From: Octopus sinensis
Taxonomy: Eukaryota
DNA: 64,000 nucleotides
NCBI RefSeq assembly: GCF_006345805.1
Contig: NW_021832433.1
Location: forward strand, 74,503-138,502
Reading direction: 5' to 3'
In this document: piece after piece, positions 28,654-43,995 of the stretch
Position numbering within the stretch: the first letter of the stretch is position 1
Layout: the number at the start of each line of letters is the position of its first letter
Notes under the pieces: model-generated
Databases searched by the model: none
Told to the model about the DNA's origin: nothing
Seen by the model: only the letters and a program-made list of their open reading frames with translations
Made by a program: the position numbers and the translations under genes

Positions 28654-30066
28654 TATACAAATAAAGGTTACAAACCTCATTGAGAGATAGCAAAAACCTA
28701 TGAAAGTACCTATACAAAAAATGTTGAACATTGCAGTTAATACTCAACTGCAAGGCAACAATATAAACCGTGGTTTACAACTCCAGTATACACAACCTTC
28801 CTCCCCTTTCTAAGGTCTCTAACATTTTTTATACTATGTTCTTTATGCATAAATTTTATCAGTTAACAGTTTGCAGCCGTTTACTCAACATCCAGGAATT
28901 GAACAACTGTTTTGTATATCTTAAACTACCTGTGACGTGATTCGACTTACAAATGATTTTAAAATTTATTAATTAATTTTTCTGAGGCTCTTCACTTGAA
29001 ACAGCTGTAAGGGGTGTATATCAATTTTTTTTAATTAATAAATAATAATTTTTTAAATATCTCTCTATTTTCTTATCTTATGTTATATATACGTATGTAT
29101 GTATATATGTAATTGTTTTATGTGTGTATGTGTGAAAATATGTGTTTGAACTTTCCTATACGTAACTTTTCGGAAGAGGTGGTCACACTGGATAATGAGT
29201 CAAGTCAAACGTTCATAGAAACATTTATGTGTGTAACAGCGAACATGCGAAACATGCGAATAATATCCAATATTATTTCATATCTCAAGCATGTTTTCCG
29301 TTCTACCTCCCGTATTTGAGTCCAATTCAATGTTTTGTACAGCAATTACAATATGTATATATAATGCATTTAATACATTTAAAACCACATTATATATACG
29401 TAGACACACACACACACGTATAGAAGTGTATATAGAAACAACTCGTGGTGTCGTTCAACATAGCAGTGACAACGATAGGGTCTTTGTTAAATGGCGGGAT
29501 GGAGTCAGAGGCTTAAGGTCAGTTTAGACGTCGTTTGAGTGAATCATCGCATCCCACAGACAACATCTACTGCACAGTAAAGAAAGGGGTATATATGCAC
29601 ACACACACACACACACACCTGTATGTTTCCGGGTTCAGTCCTACTCCGTAGTACCTTGAGCAAGTGTCTTCTGCTGTAGCACTCGAGCCGACCAGAGCCT
29701 TGTGAGTGGATTTGGAAGACGGAAACTGAAAGAATCCCGTTACGTGTGTATGTCTGGCAGTGTGTCTGTGCTACGCTGCAGCTTGATAACCAGTGTTGCT
29801 GTGCATACGGTTGGGCAAGAGTAACTGATTCTTGTAACGGTGTTGATGTGTAGCGGTTGGGTAAGGTAAGCGATTGAACAAGTACAATGCTCGAATCAAT
29901 TCGTAAGACTAAAAAAAAATACTTCATGGCGGTGCCCCAGCATGGTCGCTGTCTAATGATTGAAACGAGGAAAAGAGTAAAAGACGTAGGCCACCGTGTA
30001 TCGTTGCAGTTCCTTGGTTTAGTGTCACGATGAAGTCTAAAACGATATTGTAGAAATATATCTCAC

Positions 30067-30229
30067 CTGGTTTAAAAATGTTTGGTTTAAAGCAAATTTT
30101 TGTTTTGTTCTTGAAGGAATTGTTGAAAGAGAATCATCATTTGGCAGGAATATGGTAAGTGGGGTGGAACCTGCTCTTGATAGTAAAGACCGAATCTCCG
30201 GGTATCTGCTAATATAACCAGCCGCGTGG
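30067..30229 (-). CDS. FAS1-domain protein, exon D (phase 2 to 0; next FAS1 repeat)
   Basis: Acceptor tatattttcAG|C, donor CAG|GTGAGA. 163 nt encoding (S)HAAGYISRYPEIRSLLSRAGSTPLTIFLPNDDSLSTIPSRTKQKFALNQTFLNQ; LTIFLPNDDS is the H1 motif. Same length and phases as exon A. Confidence 0.94.
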
Positions 30230-30325
30230 CTGAAAATATAAAAAGAAGAAATGCTTCTAAATATACATGCATAGATAAACTCAGTTACATATACAATTAC
30301 ACACACACACACACACACATTTGTA

Positions 30326-30734
30326 CAAGAGGGTGCTGAAGGTCCTGGCTTTAAGGGAAAGGCCTATTTGGACGCTTAACTTACCGAGTTCTTTTGCAGG
30401 GTTTAGAAAAATTGAAGGACCGATGTGAATCTGAGAGGGGAAAATGTTCAATAAAATCATAATTAACTGATTCTCCATTCAGCATCCCCTCGTGTATGTG
30501 TGTGCGTGTTTATATACACTAGGGGATACTTAAAAGTTCCTGGCATTGAGGGTATCACGAAAGGCCTAGTTGGAGGCCCAACCTTCCGAGTTTTTTTATA
30601 GGGATTAGAAAAACTTAAGGATCGTTGCCCCGAATGTGTGAATCTGAGAGGGGAATATGTTGCATAAAATCATAATTAACTGATTCTCCTGTATTTTATT
30701 TTACCCGAAGTCAAGAACTTTTCAGCCCGTATCG
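30326..30734 (+). mobile_element. Two tandem mariner-derived MITEs (30326-30492 and 30517-30734)
   Basis: Termini of the ta-C.AGGG..CTGAAAAGTTC ... GAACTTTTCAGC.C..CG-ta type. The interior encodes the transposase tail LEKLKDRC...NLRGEYV. TA flanks on the second copy. Confidence 0.75.
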
Positions 30735-31520
30735 TAAATACATTAATGATAGTTATACAAGAGATAGTGCACAGATACGCATCATTAACTTTCGTGTAGA
30801 CGTATTCCTTCTCGAGTCAGAAGGACCCTATTTGTACATAGCCGAAAGGCTCCTGCAGGAAACTTAAGTAACCGACTCTGAAGCCTGACCACTATGTAAA
30901 CATCAGTGTAACATATTTACTAAGATATTAATTCTTCATGCTTTTTGAAAGTTAGTTAGCTCTCTCTCTCTCTCTTTCCCTGATAGAAATTTTCGGTTGG
31001 TGTCTGGCGTGCTGGAAGAGCACTGGGAGTGATGCACCCCTTATCTTTTGTTAAGGCATCTCTCTAGTAGACGGTTACTCTGATATAAAACCAGATATGC
31101 AGAGAATGTCATTGGACTATTTAGGGATGATTTGCTTCTACTTGAAATCATGATTTTCCAACATTCCTGAAGTTGCGATTCATACTGGTACTGAATATCT
31201 TGACGCTGCTTGTCTCTGGATAGTGTCAGCAGCGTTGTGAGGGCCTATGAGGTGCAAGCCTTAAGGAGCCTAAACTTTTAGATTATTTAATCGCCAGAAA
31301 GACAACTATTTGATGCCCAGTCGAGCAGGAGGGCACCGCAGGAAACTTGGAGGCTACGTGAACACACTCAGGTGAACTCGACTCCTCATACACGGATGTT
31401 GCTGACATTTTGTATGGGAAATGGGCATTAATAACCCTCCTATGTCAAGAGTAGACAACTGTCATATACGTACACACCACACATATATATATATATGTAT
31501 ATATGTATAAATATATATAT

Positions 31521-31572
<52 letters not shown>

Positions 31573-31669
31573 ATTATATATATATATATGTATATATATA
31601 TATGTATATATGTATATATATATATATGTATGTGTATATATATATATATATATATGCATATGTATATGC

Positions 31670-31750
<81 letters not shown>

Positions 31751-32089
31751 CGATTGTAGACTGCTTAATTACAACGAAGTTTTTTAGTTCTGGACTTAAT
31801 TTGACATTGGTCAATCGTATTAAAATAGCCATGTATATTGTTATACATAATTATATTGTTAACATTGGTTATATGTTATTTCTTCGCACTACAAATTTCT
31901 GTGTATATACATGCGTATGTGTGTGTGTGTGTGTATGCACATATAATCGTTGACTGTTTGCATGCCATTGCTATTATCTAGTCTTTTAATCAGTGTCTCC
32001 ATGCTTTAGCTAATATTTGTATCCATATATACGCATAAAATTATACACACACAGAGGACTTAGATGCACCGTCGATGGAAGGAACTTAC

Positions 32090-32237
32090 CTTAGTTTTGG
32101 CATGTCTCTTATAGCTTCCCATAACGTAAAGTTCTTATAGAACATGAAATTGGTTATCAAATGAATCACACCGTTTATACAACCTACATCTGACTGGACG
32201 ATTTTCACCCAAGTCGCGCCACCTTCAACGTAAGTAT
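32090..32237 (-). CDS. FAS1-domain protein, exon C (phase 1 to 2)
   Basis: Acceptor ttttttcAG|AT, donor CTAAG|GTAAGT. 148 nt encoding (D)TYVEGGATWVKIVQSDVGCINGVIHLITNFMFYKNFTLWEAIRDMPKL; DVGCINGVIHLI is the FAS1 H2 motif. VEGG...D....NGVIH recalls insect fasciclin-1 (from memory). Confidence 0.95.
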
Positions 32238-32244
32238 CTGAAAA

Positions 32245-32443
<199 letters not shown>

Positions 32444-32865
32444 ATGACAACATAGCAAGGATTATTAGACACATTGCAACAAGTATGGACTTGAGAGAGC
32501 AAAAAATTGGTACGAGCATAAAACCGAAGGCATCATCGACAATGATAATGCAAAGATGTATGTATGTATCTATATATGGGATTTTACGATTCAGTGCGAC
32601 CATGAGATAGAGAATAGGAAACCAGACATTGTGTTAATCGAGAAAGAAAGTAAACGATGCTGGGTCATAGATATAGCATGCTCGGCTGACAAAGTATGTG
32701 ATAAGGAAGAAAGAAAAGTCGATAGATATGACAGGTTAGCTTGGGAAGTTAAGTAGTTGTAGTCGATGAGAAAGATGGTAGTAGCACCAATAATTGTCGG
32801 AGCCCTGAGAACAGTGAGTAAAAATCTTGAGAATTACATGGAACAAATAGGGATTGCAATAAGGG
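32444..32865 (+). mobile_element. R4/Dong-like LINE 3' fragment
   Basis: HDNIAR...WYEHKPEGIIDN..WDFTIQCDHEIENRKPDIVLIEKESKRCWVIDIAC; starts directly at (AAT)n 32247-32443. Confidence 0.85.
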
Positions 32866-33078
32866 TGGAGGGGGCTTTCTCCGTCCGGGTTGCGGATCCG
32901 TGGAATAAGCTGCCGGACGAGATAGTGAAGATGCCGACGACCGCTCGGTTCGAAGTCTCTCTTGACCATAAATGGCCTGAACTCTTTGCATGAACACCCT
33001 CCCTGTACATAACTCCATGCCCCCCCTCCTACATGGCCTTGCTTTTTGCTTTTTGAGCCCAAAAATTAACTTAACTTT
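32866..33078 (+). mobile_element. CR1-like LINE 3' end, abutting or inserted into the R4 fragment
   Basis: GAFSVRVADPWNKLPDEIVKM...F.VSLDHKWPELFA* matches the CR1 RT C-terminal FS.RV...WN.LP motif, followed by 3' UTR. Confidence 0.75.
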
Positions 33079-33112
33079 AATAATAATAGTAATAATAATG
33101 ATGATGATGATA

Positions 33113-33159
<47 letters not shown>

Positions 33160-34382
33160 AATAATTTTGGTACAGAGACGGCAGTTTTTGAAGGGAGGGG
33201 TAGTCAGCCACATCGATCCGAGTCCTCGATTGGTACTTATTTTATCAACTTCAATAGGATAAGAAGCATAGTCGAACTCGGCGGAATATGAACTTAGATG
33301 GTAGCGACGGACGAAATGTTGCTAAGCATTTTCTCCGGCGAGCTAACGATTCTATCTACTCGCTGCTTTAAAACACTAACTTTTTCAAATTTTGGCACTA
33401 GGCCAGCAATTTGAAGAGGAGCGGATTCTTCAATTTCATGGACTCAAAGAATTTACTGCAAGTTTATTTCAACTTCGAAAAGGTGAAAGGCAAAACTGAT
33501 CTCTGCGAAATCTGAGCTAAGAAAGTAGAGAGCCGGAGGAAACGGCGACAATTATTTTATCCGATGCAGCTAGGATTCGGCCAGGTCAACAATAAGTACT
33601 TCAATTCGGCACAGAACGTTTTATGATACTAAAAGTACAAAAGATACGAGCTGTGTTTTATGTGTCAATCACTTTCGTTCGGTTATTGGATTGAAGAGCG
33701 AAATGCCAGCGACGAAATAATTAGCATAAACACAAAAGTTGTGCAGGTAATAACTGCAGATTACGTAAAATGGTCTGGAAATTACGAGGATGGAGGGTCA
33801 TTGCCGTTCCTAAATGGCTCCGCTGAGAGAATCATTTCGGCTTCTTAGTGAGTCGATGGTAAATGTCGATATTGCTATCGTGATCCTTAAAACAATGGGA
33901 CAGAATCCTATCGAAGAATATCCTGACCCAGACCTCGTAAAGTACATTGCGATGTGTATAGAGAAACACAAAGCAGTGTGTGTGTGTTACATACACAATT
34001 ATATGCACACACAAGCACACACACACATATATATGTATATATATATATACATACATATAAACACTCGTATATACATATGAACAAACATATAAACACATCC
34101 ATATATATATATATATGTATATGAATGCATGCAGACACACACACGCACACACACATATATATATACATACACACATAGATGTATACAATTGTTCATACAT
34201 GCAAGCATGTGATTATATGAATATTAGCTGGATTATTTTCATTAAAAGAAGTAACAACCACTGTAAAACTGCAGCGACACTGGTGGCAACAATGGCGGTA
34301 CTGGTAGTGGTGGTAGGAGTGGTATTAGTAGAAAAATATAATGCCGAGCAGGATGAGGTGATCAAAACCGGCCATTTTCTAT

Positions 34383-34692
<310 letters not shown>

Positions 34693-34845
34693 ACATCATA
34701 GCGGTTGTGTTTTCAAGAATGTGTTAAGAGATGTTGGAGGGCCATTGTCTGTCTATTTGTCTGTCCGTCTGTCTATAAATCAAGTGTTGTAAATAGGTTT
34801 CTGGTTCACTTTGAACTCTGCACACAGCCTGCTAAGCTCTCTCTC

Positions 34846-34883
<38 letters not shown>

Positions 34884-35929
34884 GCACACACACAATTGCA
34901 GGTCGCCTCTTATGTTACTATGGCATCAACAGCCATGAAAATATTGTCTTACAAAGATGAACAGCCCACTCCGTTCCCATTCCTGCACCTCCTCCTCCTC
35001 ATCATCGCTATCATCTGTAACAGTCACGTGACTAAGCATATTCCAGGCGTCCAGATAATGCAACATGTTATGCTGCAATGTAGCAGCTACATTATTCCTC
35101 AATTTTTTTTTTTTTTTTTTGGAGGCGTATAAAAGTAAAGCTGAAGATTTGTGAGTTAACCAAATATACGTAGCACATTGGCAGGGCCAGATCTATTTCG
35201 GATCTCTGGGCTCTGAGTTCAAATCTGACCGAAATCAACTCTGCATTACATCGTTTCAGAGTCCTTTCCTTTAATTCATTTATTTGATTAGTCTGAGGGA
35301 GGGGCAGCGCCCATGACCTTTATAGTCTCTCAGGCGTTAGTGAACTTGATGCTGTTCTATATAAATTGTAGTTCTATATAAATTGTAGCGAGTGGGCAAT
35401 ATGGTAAAAAGTTTCTTCCCAACCATGTGGCTCCAGGTTCAGTCCCACAGCGTGGCACCTTGGACAAATGTCTTCTACTATAGCCTTGGGTCAACCAAAG
35501 CTATGTGAGTGGATTTGGTTGGTGAAACTGATAATATATGCGTGTGTTTGTTCTCACCACCACTGCTTCATAACAGGTGTTGGTGTGTTTATATCCTTGT
35601 TACTTAGCGGTTCAGAAGCCGTTAGAGTAAGTGCCAGGCTTAAAATTAAAAAAAAGGACAGAGGTAGATTAATTTGATTAATATTCTTCGAGACGGTGCC
35701 CCAGCATGGCCGAAGTCGAATGACTGAAACGAGCAAAGCAAACCATAACAGATATAACGCTTATAGTAAGCTCTTGATCAGGAGTAAAAACTCCAGCGAC
35801 GTTGATATCCGAAGGAAGAAAAAGAGTCTATCGTCATTTCAGACAAATCTATGGTGGTGAGCGAACGTGCATATGTGGTGGAGACTTACTTCTGTGGGAC
35901 GTAGAGTTACGAGACTAGGCAGCTCTGAG

Positions 35930-36275
35930 GAGCCGGGGCTATTGTAGTAGTGTTTCACAAATAAAATAGAAAGAAAAGACAGCTCGGAGATGGATTATAA
36001 CAGCTACTAACAATGCGTTTTAGACAAGTGGACGTTTTACGGCCCAGGATATCTGCTTTCGTTGTAGCGGCACCGTTCCAGATATAGGGACTGCATACCA
36101 TTATGGATGTCACTTGGTCCTTGTACAATGCCAACACCTGTGGTGTAGGGCATATGTATCTTCAGGTTCTGAAGAGTAGGGTCAGTCACTGCGATGGAGG
36201 TCCTCGCTTTTCTAACGGTGTATTTTCTCCAGGAGAGATCTTCGGTGAGAGTGTGATTTAGCAGTTGGAACGGTA
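35930..36275 (-). mobile_element. CR1/L2-like LINE RT C-terminal remnant
   Basis: LTEDLSWRKY...; TPQVLALYK.QV..IM.CS.IWNGAATT...IL resembles the LYK..VRP.MEYCS.IW motif; frameshifted. Confidence 0.6.
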
Positions 36276-36304
36276 AATAAACCAGCAGTCAAGAACTCGT
36301 GCCT

Positions 36305-36384
<80 letters not shown>

Positions 36385-36540
36385 ATAATATATATATGTA
36401 TGTATGTATATATATATGTATATATATATATATTATGTCAGGTCACTTTCGAGTGCTACTGGTAACATGTAACCCAGTACAACCTGTTGCATGGTCGGGT
36501 CGTCGGCGACTAAAGCGGCAATTAATTAATTATATATATA

Positions 36541-36953
36541 TAGGCGCAGGAGTGGCTGTGTGGTAAGTAGCTTGTTTACCAACCACATGGTACCGGGTTC
36601 AGTCCCACTGCGTGGCACCTTGGGCGAGTGTCTTCTACTATAGCCTCGGGCCGACCAAAGCCTTGTGAGTGGATTTGGTACACGGAAACTGAAAAGAAGC
36701 CCGTCGTATGTATGTATATATACATATCTATGCATGTGTGTGTTTGTGTGTCTGTGTTTGTCCCCCTCGCATTGCTTGACAACCGATGCTGGTGTGTTTA
36801 TGTCCCCGTTACTTAGCGGTTCGGCAAAAGAGACCGATAGAATAAGTACTGGGCTTACAAAAGAATAAGTCTCGGGGTAGAGTTGCTCGATTAAAGGCAG
36901 TGCTCCAGCATGGCCGCAGTTAAATGACTGAAACAAGTAAAAGAGTAAAAGAG
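36541..36953 (+). mobile_element. SINE family A, full length
   Basis: Same sequence as 23085-23520. Other copies at about 1150(-), 10960-11340(-), 13140-13522(-), 25945-26345(+), 29600-29985(+), 35390-35735(+), 55420-55770(+), 61680-61975(-). Confidence 0.9.
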
Positions 36954-37077
<124 letters not shown>

Positions 37078-37868
37078 TTTTCTCGCTTGCTCTCATTCTT
37101 TTCTTCCGAAGATTATTACCCATTCTGCATAATAGACTGTGCGTAGAGGGCCTTTGTCCGTGTCAGTAATATTAGAAAGTAGGGGAGTCCTTACTGGCAT
37201 AATTAAACAACTCAGTGTCAAAATCCGAAAAGCTGTCAACCCACATCCCAAGAATTGGTGGCTGCACGAGAGGATTCTATTAAAAGTCAATGAAGGAGAG
37301 AAAGAAATATAAGAAGGAACTGAATGGAATAAACTGGAAAGAGTGGAATTGGTCTGAAAGACGGGGTTCGCCAGGTATTTCGTTGGTCGGCAGAGTTTTT
37401 ATGAACCCATATTTCATCCACTAATTCTTCCTAAGATAGGCATCAGATCTGAAACTAATTAGTTGATATGACAATGGTCAGTTGATTCCATCCCAATGCA
37501 TGACTGGTTCTTTAATTATCTACCCCGAAAAGATGTCAGGTAAAGTTGATCTCCTTCAGAAGAGAAACACAGAACCTAAACAGCCAGGAAAAAGAATGCA
37601 AGACATTTATTTCGACGCGATAACTATTCAAACAGTCCTTTTGTTTTTAAATTGGTTTTAAAATAGGTAGAAAGCTAACAATTTTGGAAGGGGTGGTTAT
37701 TCAATAGCATTTACCACAGTAATAGCGCTGGACATTATCTAATCGGCCCAGGAGGATTGAAAAAGCAAAGGTAACTTCAGTGTCATCAGCACCCACAGCG
37801 CAAAGTGTAGCAAGAAATACCGCAACAGAATTCCGCAGATGCTCAAAATATTCCTGCCAGTAATAATT

Positions 37869-37907
<39 letters not shown>

Positions 37908-37908
37908 A

Positions 37909-37942
<34 letters not shown>

Positions 37943-38173
37943 GATAATAATCGTTAGTGTTCCTTTGGTTGCCAAAATGAACATGTATGAGGAAGGCGGA
38001 AAGCATAATAAATAAGTTCATAAAATGATTTTCAAAAAATAAAATAAACGATGAAACTGATAACAGTAAGCGGTGTCTGACTAAAGTCTAGAGATTTGAT
38101 GGTGAGATTAACATTGAACTTCATCCACACTGGGATGTGTGCCTCTGTGCACAGCCACACCATGAATATATAC

Positions 38174-38225
<52 letters not shown>

Positions 38226-38346
38226 TTACACGCACAAACAGCATATGTATATATATGGATATCTACACATGTAGATATACACAGATATATAAAAACACAC
38301 ATTTTCTACATGTGTACATATACATTTATAGATATACACTCGTCTT

Positions 38347-38446
<100 letters not shown>

Positions 38447-38607
38447 TGGATATATACATGGAAACAGACGAACAGTGATGTTGGTATAAACGATCTAAAT
38501 CAGTGTGTTCTAAAGCTGATGATTTTAAGGTCGATATATTTACTGTTGCTTCTACTACTATAACTATTACTACAATTGAATTTAGTAATAACATCATCAT
38601 TATAATA

Positions 38608-38719
<112 letters not shown>

Positions 38720-39965
38720 GGCGGCAAGACAGGTAATTGTAGCCTGAGAAGATAGGGTGGGTTTGCGAACAATAAAATAACAATTGTGTTGTAAGTATGA
38801 ATTAACGTATTGTAGAAATTTAGTTAAGTTTCATCAATAACGATGTATTGATACGTACAATATGCGTTGGAGTTGGGGGTTTAGATTATGGGATGATATA
38901 AACAGATGCACACATACACACGCGCGCCTCGCTTATACGTAGACAAGATTACGTGTGTGAGTGTTTGTCTGCGATGGCCTTTGGTAAGCAACGTCGATTG
39001 TTACAATTTTGTATCAATAATAACAATAATGATATTTTATAAGTGTAAAGCTTATAAGCGATCACCGTGCAATGATCATATATATATATATATATATATA
39101 TATGTACTAGCGTAGATTTTAATGTATGTTATTTCGCGTGTATCTCCATACACGTATACATCTGTATGCAATATACGTAGACTTAAATCGTTATTCGCCA
39201 GGGTCCGTGTGTGTATATAAAGAAATACTATATATTAATGTGTATATTAATATATATGTGTGTGTGTGAGTGTGTATCATTTATGATGATATTTGAAAAT
39301 AGGTTTGTGTTAATGTGTGTGTTTTTGTATATGCATAAATCAATGACATTGTGACCGAGCCCTATTTCAGTCTCCCAAATTTGCACAACGGTATCAGTGG
39401 CTGTTGTAGATGTGTGCGAGCCCTAGCAAATCAGACGAAGCTATGAAACAGCTGATTCGAAGGTACAGTAACTCAATACAGATTGTATCCAGCTGAATTG
39501 GAGAGTTAACTTGGGTTTCCCCGCTCAACCAGCGTCTTGGCCTCATATATAATTTATAACATTATAACAAGATAGTTCTCAATCGGGCCGAATCCATGTG
39601 ACTAGAGGCTGCTAAAAATCTCTGGTAGCCATCGGTCACCAAGTTGTCGGATGACAAATCTTAACATTGATGTATAAACCTACGTCAGCTACGACTAGGT
39701 TATCTTCAATGGCAACAACACCAACAATCATGGTTTCGAATTTGGCGCAGTCTACCAGTTTTAGCTTAAGGTGGGCGGGGTTAGAGGATTACATCGACCC
39801 CAATATTTGACTGGTACTTACTTAATTCATCGACCCCAAAAGGATGAATGGCAGAGTCGACCTCGGCAGAATTTGAACTCAGAACGTAGCAGCAGACGAA
39901 ATACCATTAAGCATTTCGTCCGGCATGCTATCGATTCTGCCAGTTCACCGCCTTAATAATAATAA

Positions 39966-40035
<70 letters not shown>

Positions 40036-40744
40036 GTGAGAATGAAAAAAATTGTTCCGAATTTGGCACAAGGCCTGCGGTTTTTGAGGGGAGGAGTAAG
40101 TCAATTACATCGGCACCCCGGTACTTGACCGGTATTTTATTTCGTCAACCCCGAAATGTAGAAAAGCAAAGTCGACCTCGACGAACCTTGGACTCAGGGC
40201 CTGAAGACGGACGAAATGCAGCTGGTTGCCTTTAATAGTAATAATAATTGGTGGCGAGACAAGGAACTGCAGCTCGAAAACGTACACAAGGTTGTCAAAC
40301 AAGAAAATAATTATTTTATTGTTATGCATACGTACATGCATGCATACATACTATATTATATAAAAAAAAACTCAGAGATAATCTAGACTCTATTATATAG
40401 CAATATCACCACGTGCTGTATCTCTAGTATCATCTTACCAATATACACACAATATTGGCGAGATATATATCAGCAATATATATATATCACTACAATCTGT
40501 TTACAATCTATATCTGTCTCTATCTGCTGGAATCATTGTTTTTATTATATGTTCTCTCTGTGTATAAATTAATATAAACATACAATCAATTTAGATACAT
40601 GTACATGTCCGTGTGTATACTGTGTGTATATTAATGGTGTAGTATTCGAGGCGTTTATAGGAAAGAAGCAATTTTTTAAACATAGTTTGTTAGGCACTTT
40701 GCGTTTTTTTACCAGCTGCTGCTGTGTAGACATATATATATATG

Positions 40745-40776
<32 letters not shown>

Positions 40777-40929
40777 TGTATGTATGTATGTATGTATGTA
40801 CGTATCAGGTTGAGTAAGAGTTTTGAATTAAAAATTCTTTTTTGCTTTTTTGAAATTGTCTGATAATACAGACACAGACTTTCCCAAATGCATCAATAAA
40901 ATAACATTGATTTTTGTTTTCACTATTGT

Positions 40930-41270
40930 TACAATCATCTGAAATGGAACTGTAAAAGTGCGATATTCAAAAATGGACGTGAAGCTGACGAAACTGCTCG
41001 CGATATCAACGAAGCGTTTGGTAAAAAATGACCAGTGAGTGTTTAAACGATTTCGCAGTGGAGGCTTGAGCCTTGAAGATCGTGAAAGTAGTGGACACCC
41101 AACAGTCACGATCTGAATGAAAATCAGAAAATGTGCAGATATGGAATTTGCTCGTCGCTTCTTCTTTGTAACCAGACCGATCCATTTCCCGACCGTATCC
41201 AAAGATGGATTCTGTACAATAATAATAAAAAACGTTCTTTGCAGTGGTGGGGCCAAAATGAAGCACCGAC
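40930..41270 (+). mobile_element. Mariner transposase remnant (HTH plus start of catalytic domain)
   Basis: KNGREADETARDINEAFG..FKRFRSGGLSLEDRESSGHP; ICSSLL..NQTDPF.DRI..WILYNN.KR..QW....EAP. Confidence 0.8.
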
Positions 41271-41726
41271 TGGCTATAATATTTACGTACGCATGAGACA
41301 GGAATCGTTAGTGCGTCGAACAAAGTGCTTTGCACGATTTCTTCCGGCTCAATACACTTTGAGTTCACATGCTACCGAGACAAACATTCCTTTCATCCAT
41401 TCAGGGTTGATAAAATACGTACCAGTTGGACACTGGAGTCGATTTAATCGACTTAATCCTTCCTCCAAATCTGCTGACCTTTGGCCGAAATATAAACTAT
41501 CATTATTGTTTTTGTCAAGATAGCGAGCTGGCAAAATCGTTAGCATGTTGGGCGACATGCTTAGCAGTATTTTATCTGTCCGTACATTCTGGGTTCAAAT
41601 TCCGCCGAGGTCGCCTTTGCCTTTCATCTTTTCGGGGGTAAATTAAGTACCATTGGAACACAGGGGTCGATATAATCGATTCATCCCCTCTTCCAAAATG
41701 GCTTCCCCTGTGACAATATTTGAAAC

Positions 41727-41763
<37 letters not shown>

Positions 41764-41769
41764 TGCTTC

Positions 41770-43135
41770 TAACGCTGGAGATGTACTATGGTACCAGCTG
41801 TTCACTGCCAGTGAACTAACGTAACACCTCTTATTTTTCGAGCACTATCCGGAGTATTCGAGCGGTTCCAAGCAGTGCTGTTTTCTGCAAGTAGCCCCTA
41901 TTTGTTACATGTACTTTTCAAGATATTTACTTACTGTTCCCAGGGCTCCGACAATTATTGGTATTACTACCACTTTTTTCATCGCCCAAAATTGTTTAAC
42001 TTCCCAAGCTAACCTGTCATATCTATTGACTTTTCTTTCTTTTTTATCGCATACCTTGTTGTCAGCTGGATATGCTATATCTATGATCCAGCATCGTTTG
42101 TTTTCTTTCTCAATTAAGACTATGTCTGGTTACCTATTCTCTTCCTCATGGTCGCACTGAATCATTAAAATCCCATAGGATCTTTGTATTATCTTTTTCG
42201 ATGATACATTCAGATTTATGTTCGTACAACTTTTTGCTCTGTCAAGTCCATAGTTGTTGCAATGTGTCCATTGGAAAATCCTTGCTATATTGTCATGACG
42301 TGTCTTATATTCTTTCTGGGCTAGTGGCATACAATGACTGGTAATATACCATACAGTTTCACTATTCTGTCCACAAATTCTGCACTTATCACTTTCTGAT
42401 GTGCTGATTATTCTATATTTGATGTAATTGGCTCTTAATGCTTGCACTTGGGTGGCACAGATTAGAGTCTCTGTTGCCATCCATACTACCTTTTTTCTCT
42501 GTCTGTCATATGTTCGACATCCCTATGAAATTGTCCATTTTTTCTTTATCCACCTATATTCAGTTGCATTCATTCTCAAGCACTTGTACACTGCCTTATC
42601 TTTGCAATTTTCCACCCTACACAGACCTGATCCTCTTACTTCCAACTATAGTGGTTTTGTAGCATGTTTTCACACCATGCTATGTTGTTTTCTTGTGCTC
42701 TAATGCTGTTTTCGCATCCAATCAGTCCTCTTCCCCATCTTTTTTTTTTTGGTACATACTGTCTGTCTGTGTCACCTTTTGGGTGGTCTATTCCATATCT
42801 AGTCAGCAACTTTCTTGTCTTTCTGTGTAAGCTGTTTAGTCTACTGTCCATGCGATTACCCATACTCCATATCTAAGTAGTAAAAATGCCCAGGTGTTGA
42901 TAGCTTGAATCTTATTCCGTCCGTTTAATTTCGACTTAAGGATCAGTCTCAGTTTGCGCAAGTACTCCACCTTAAATATTTCTGTCTTTCTTTCTCCAAT
43001 GTCTCCATTTCCAATATCCCTAAGCACTTATAGTCCGTCTCTTCCATCTGCTTCATAAAAAAAAACTCCGACGTTATCGCTAGCCCGTCAATACATTTGA
43101 TTTTGCCTCTCTTCAAGACTAACACACCAAATTAT
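41770..43135 (-). mobile_element. R4/Dong-like LINE, longer 3' fragment (RT C-terminus, zinc knuckle, endonuclease), frameshifted
   Basis: KLRLILKSKLNGRNKIQAINTW; RKTRKLLT..GIDHPKGDTDR; ETLICATQVQALRANYIKYRI..DKCRICGQ..ETVWYITSHC..KEYKTRHDN; QKTALLGTARILR. Bounded by (TTA)n at both ends. Confidence 0.88.
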
Positions 43136-43155
43136 CATCATCATCATTATTATTA

Positions 43156-43188
<33 letters not shown>

Positions 43189-43739
43189 AGCGGCGAGCTA
43201 GCAGAATCGTTAGCACCCTGGACGAAATGCTTAGCGGTATTTCGTCTGTCTTAACGTTCTGAGTTCAAATTCCGCCGACGTTGACTTTACCTTTCATACT
43301 TTCGGGGTCGAGAAATAAAGTACCAGTTGTGTACTGGAGTCGATGTAATCGACTGGCCCCCTCCACCAAAATTTCATGCCTTGTGACTATAATAGAAAGG
43401 ATTATTATTGTTATTTAGAAGGCGGCGAGCTGACAGAATTGTTAGCACACCGGCCAAAATGCTTAGCGGTATTTCGCCCATTGCTACCTTGTTTGTTAAA
43501 ATTCCGCTGAGGTCGACCTTGCCTTTCATTAGTTCGGGGTCGATAAATTAAGCACCAATGAAGCATAGGGCTCTCTGCTGCCCTTGTGACAATATTTGAA
43601 ATTATTATTATTATTATTATTATTGACGCTGTAGTTGATATATATATATATATATATGGTAAGATTTGTTATCTTCTAAAACGGTGACCCACGTAGTATT
43701 GAGATTCTCGTCTTCTAGTCACATCCTCATGCTTTAGGT

Positions 43740-43995
43740 GGTTGCTTACTCCTTGCAGAGGACGACCCCCACCTCCTTGTATCTATAATTGCTCTTTCCC
43801 AGCGTGATACCTTCAATGACTTTTGTGCACTGAAAGATGTTCTAAGAATTGATCCCACATCCTGCAGAAACATCTCATTCCAGCTTTGGTTCCATTTTCC
43901 GCTGATTTATTATGAATGGTGCACTGAAGTGCCGCTTCAATCCACCATATGACTTGCAGGTTCTTTTACAGACATTGCATCAAAACAGGTCATCC
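43740..43995 (-). mobile_element. RTE-like LINE 3' remnant (C2H2-type finger)
   Basis: CNVCKRTCKSYGGLKRH followed by a decayed second finger and a short 3' UTR. Confidence 0.45.
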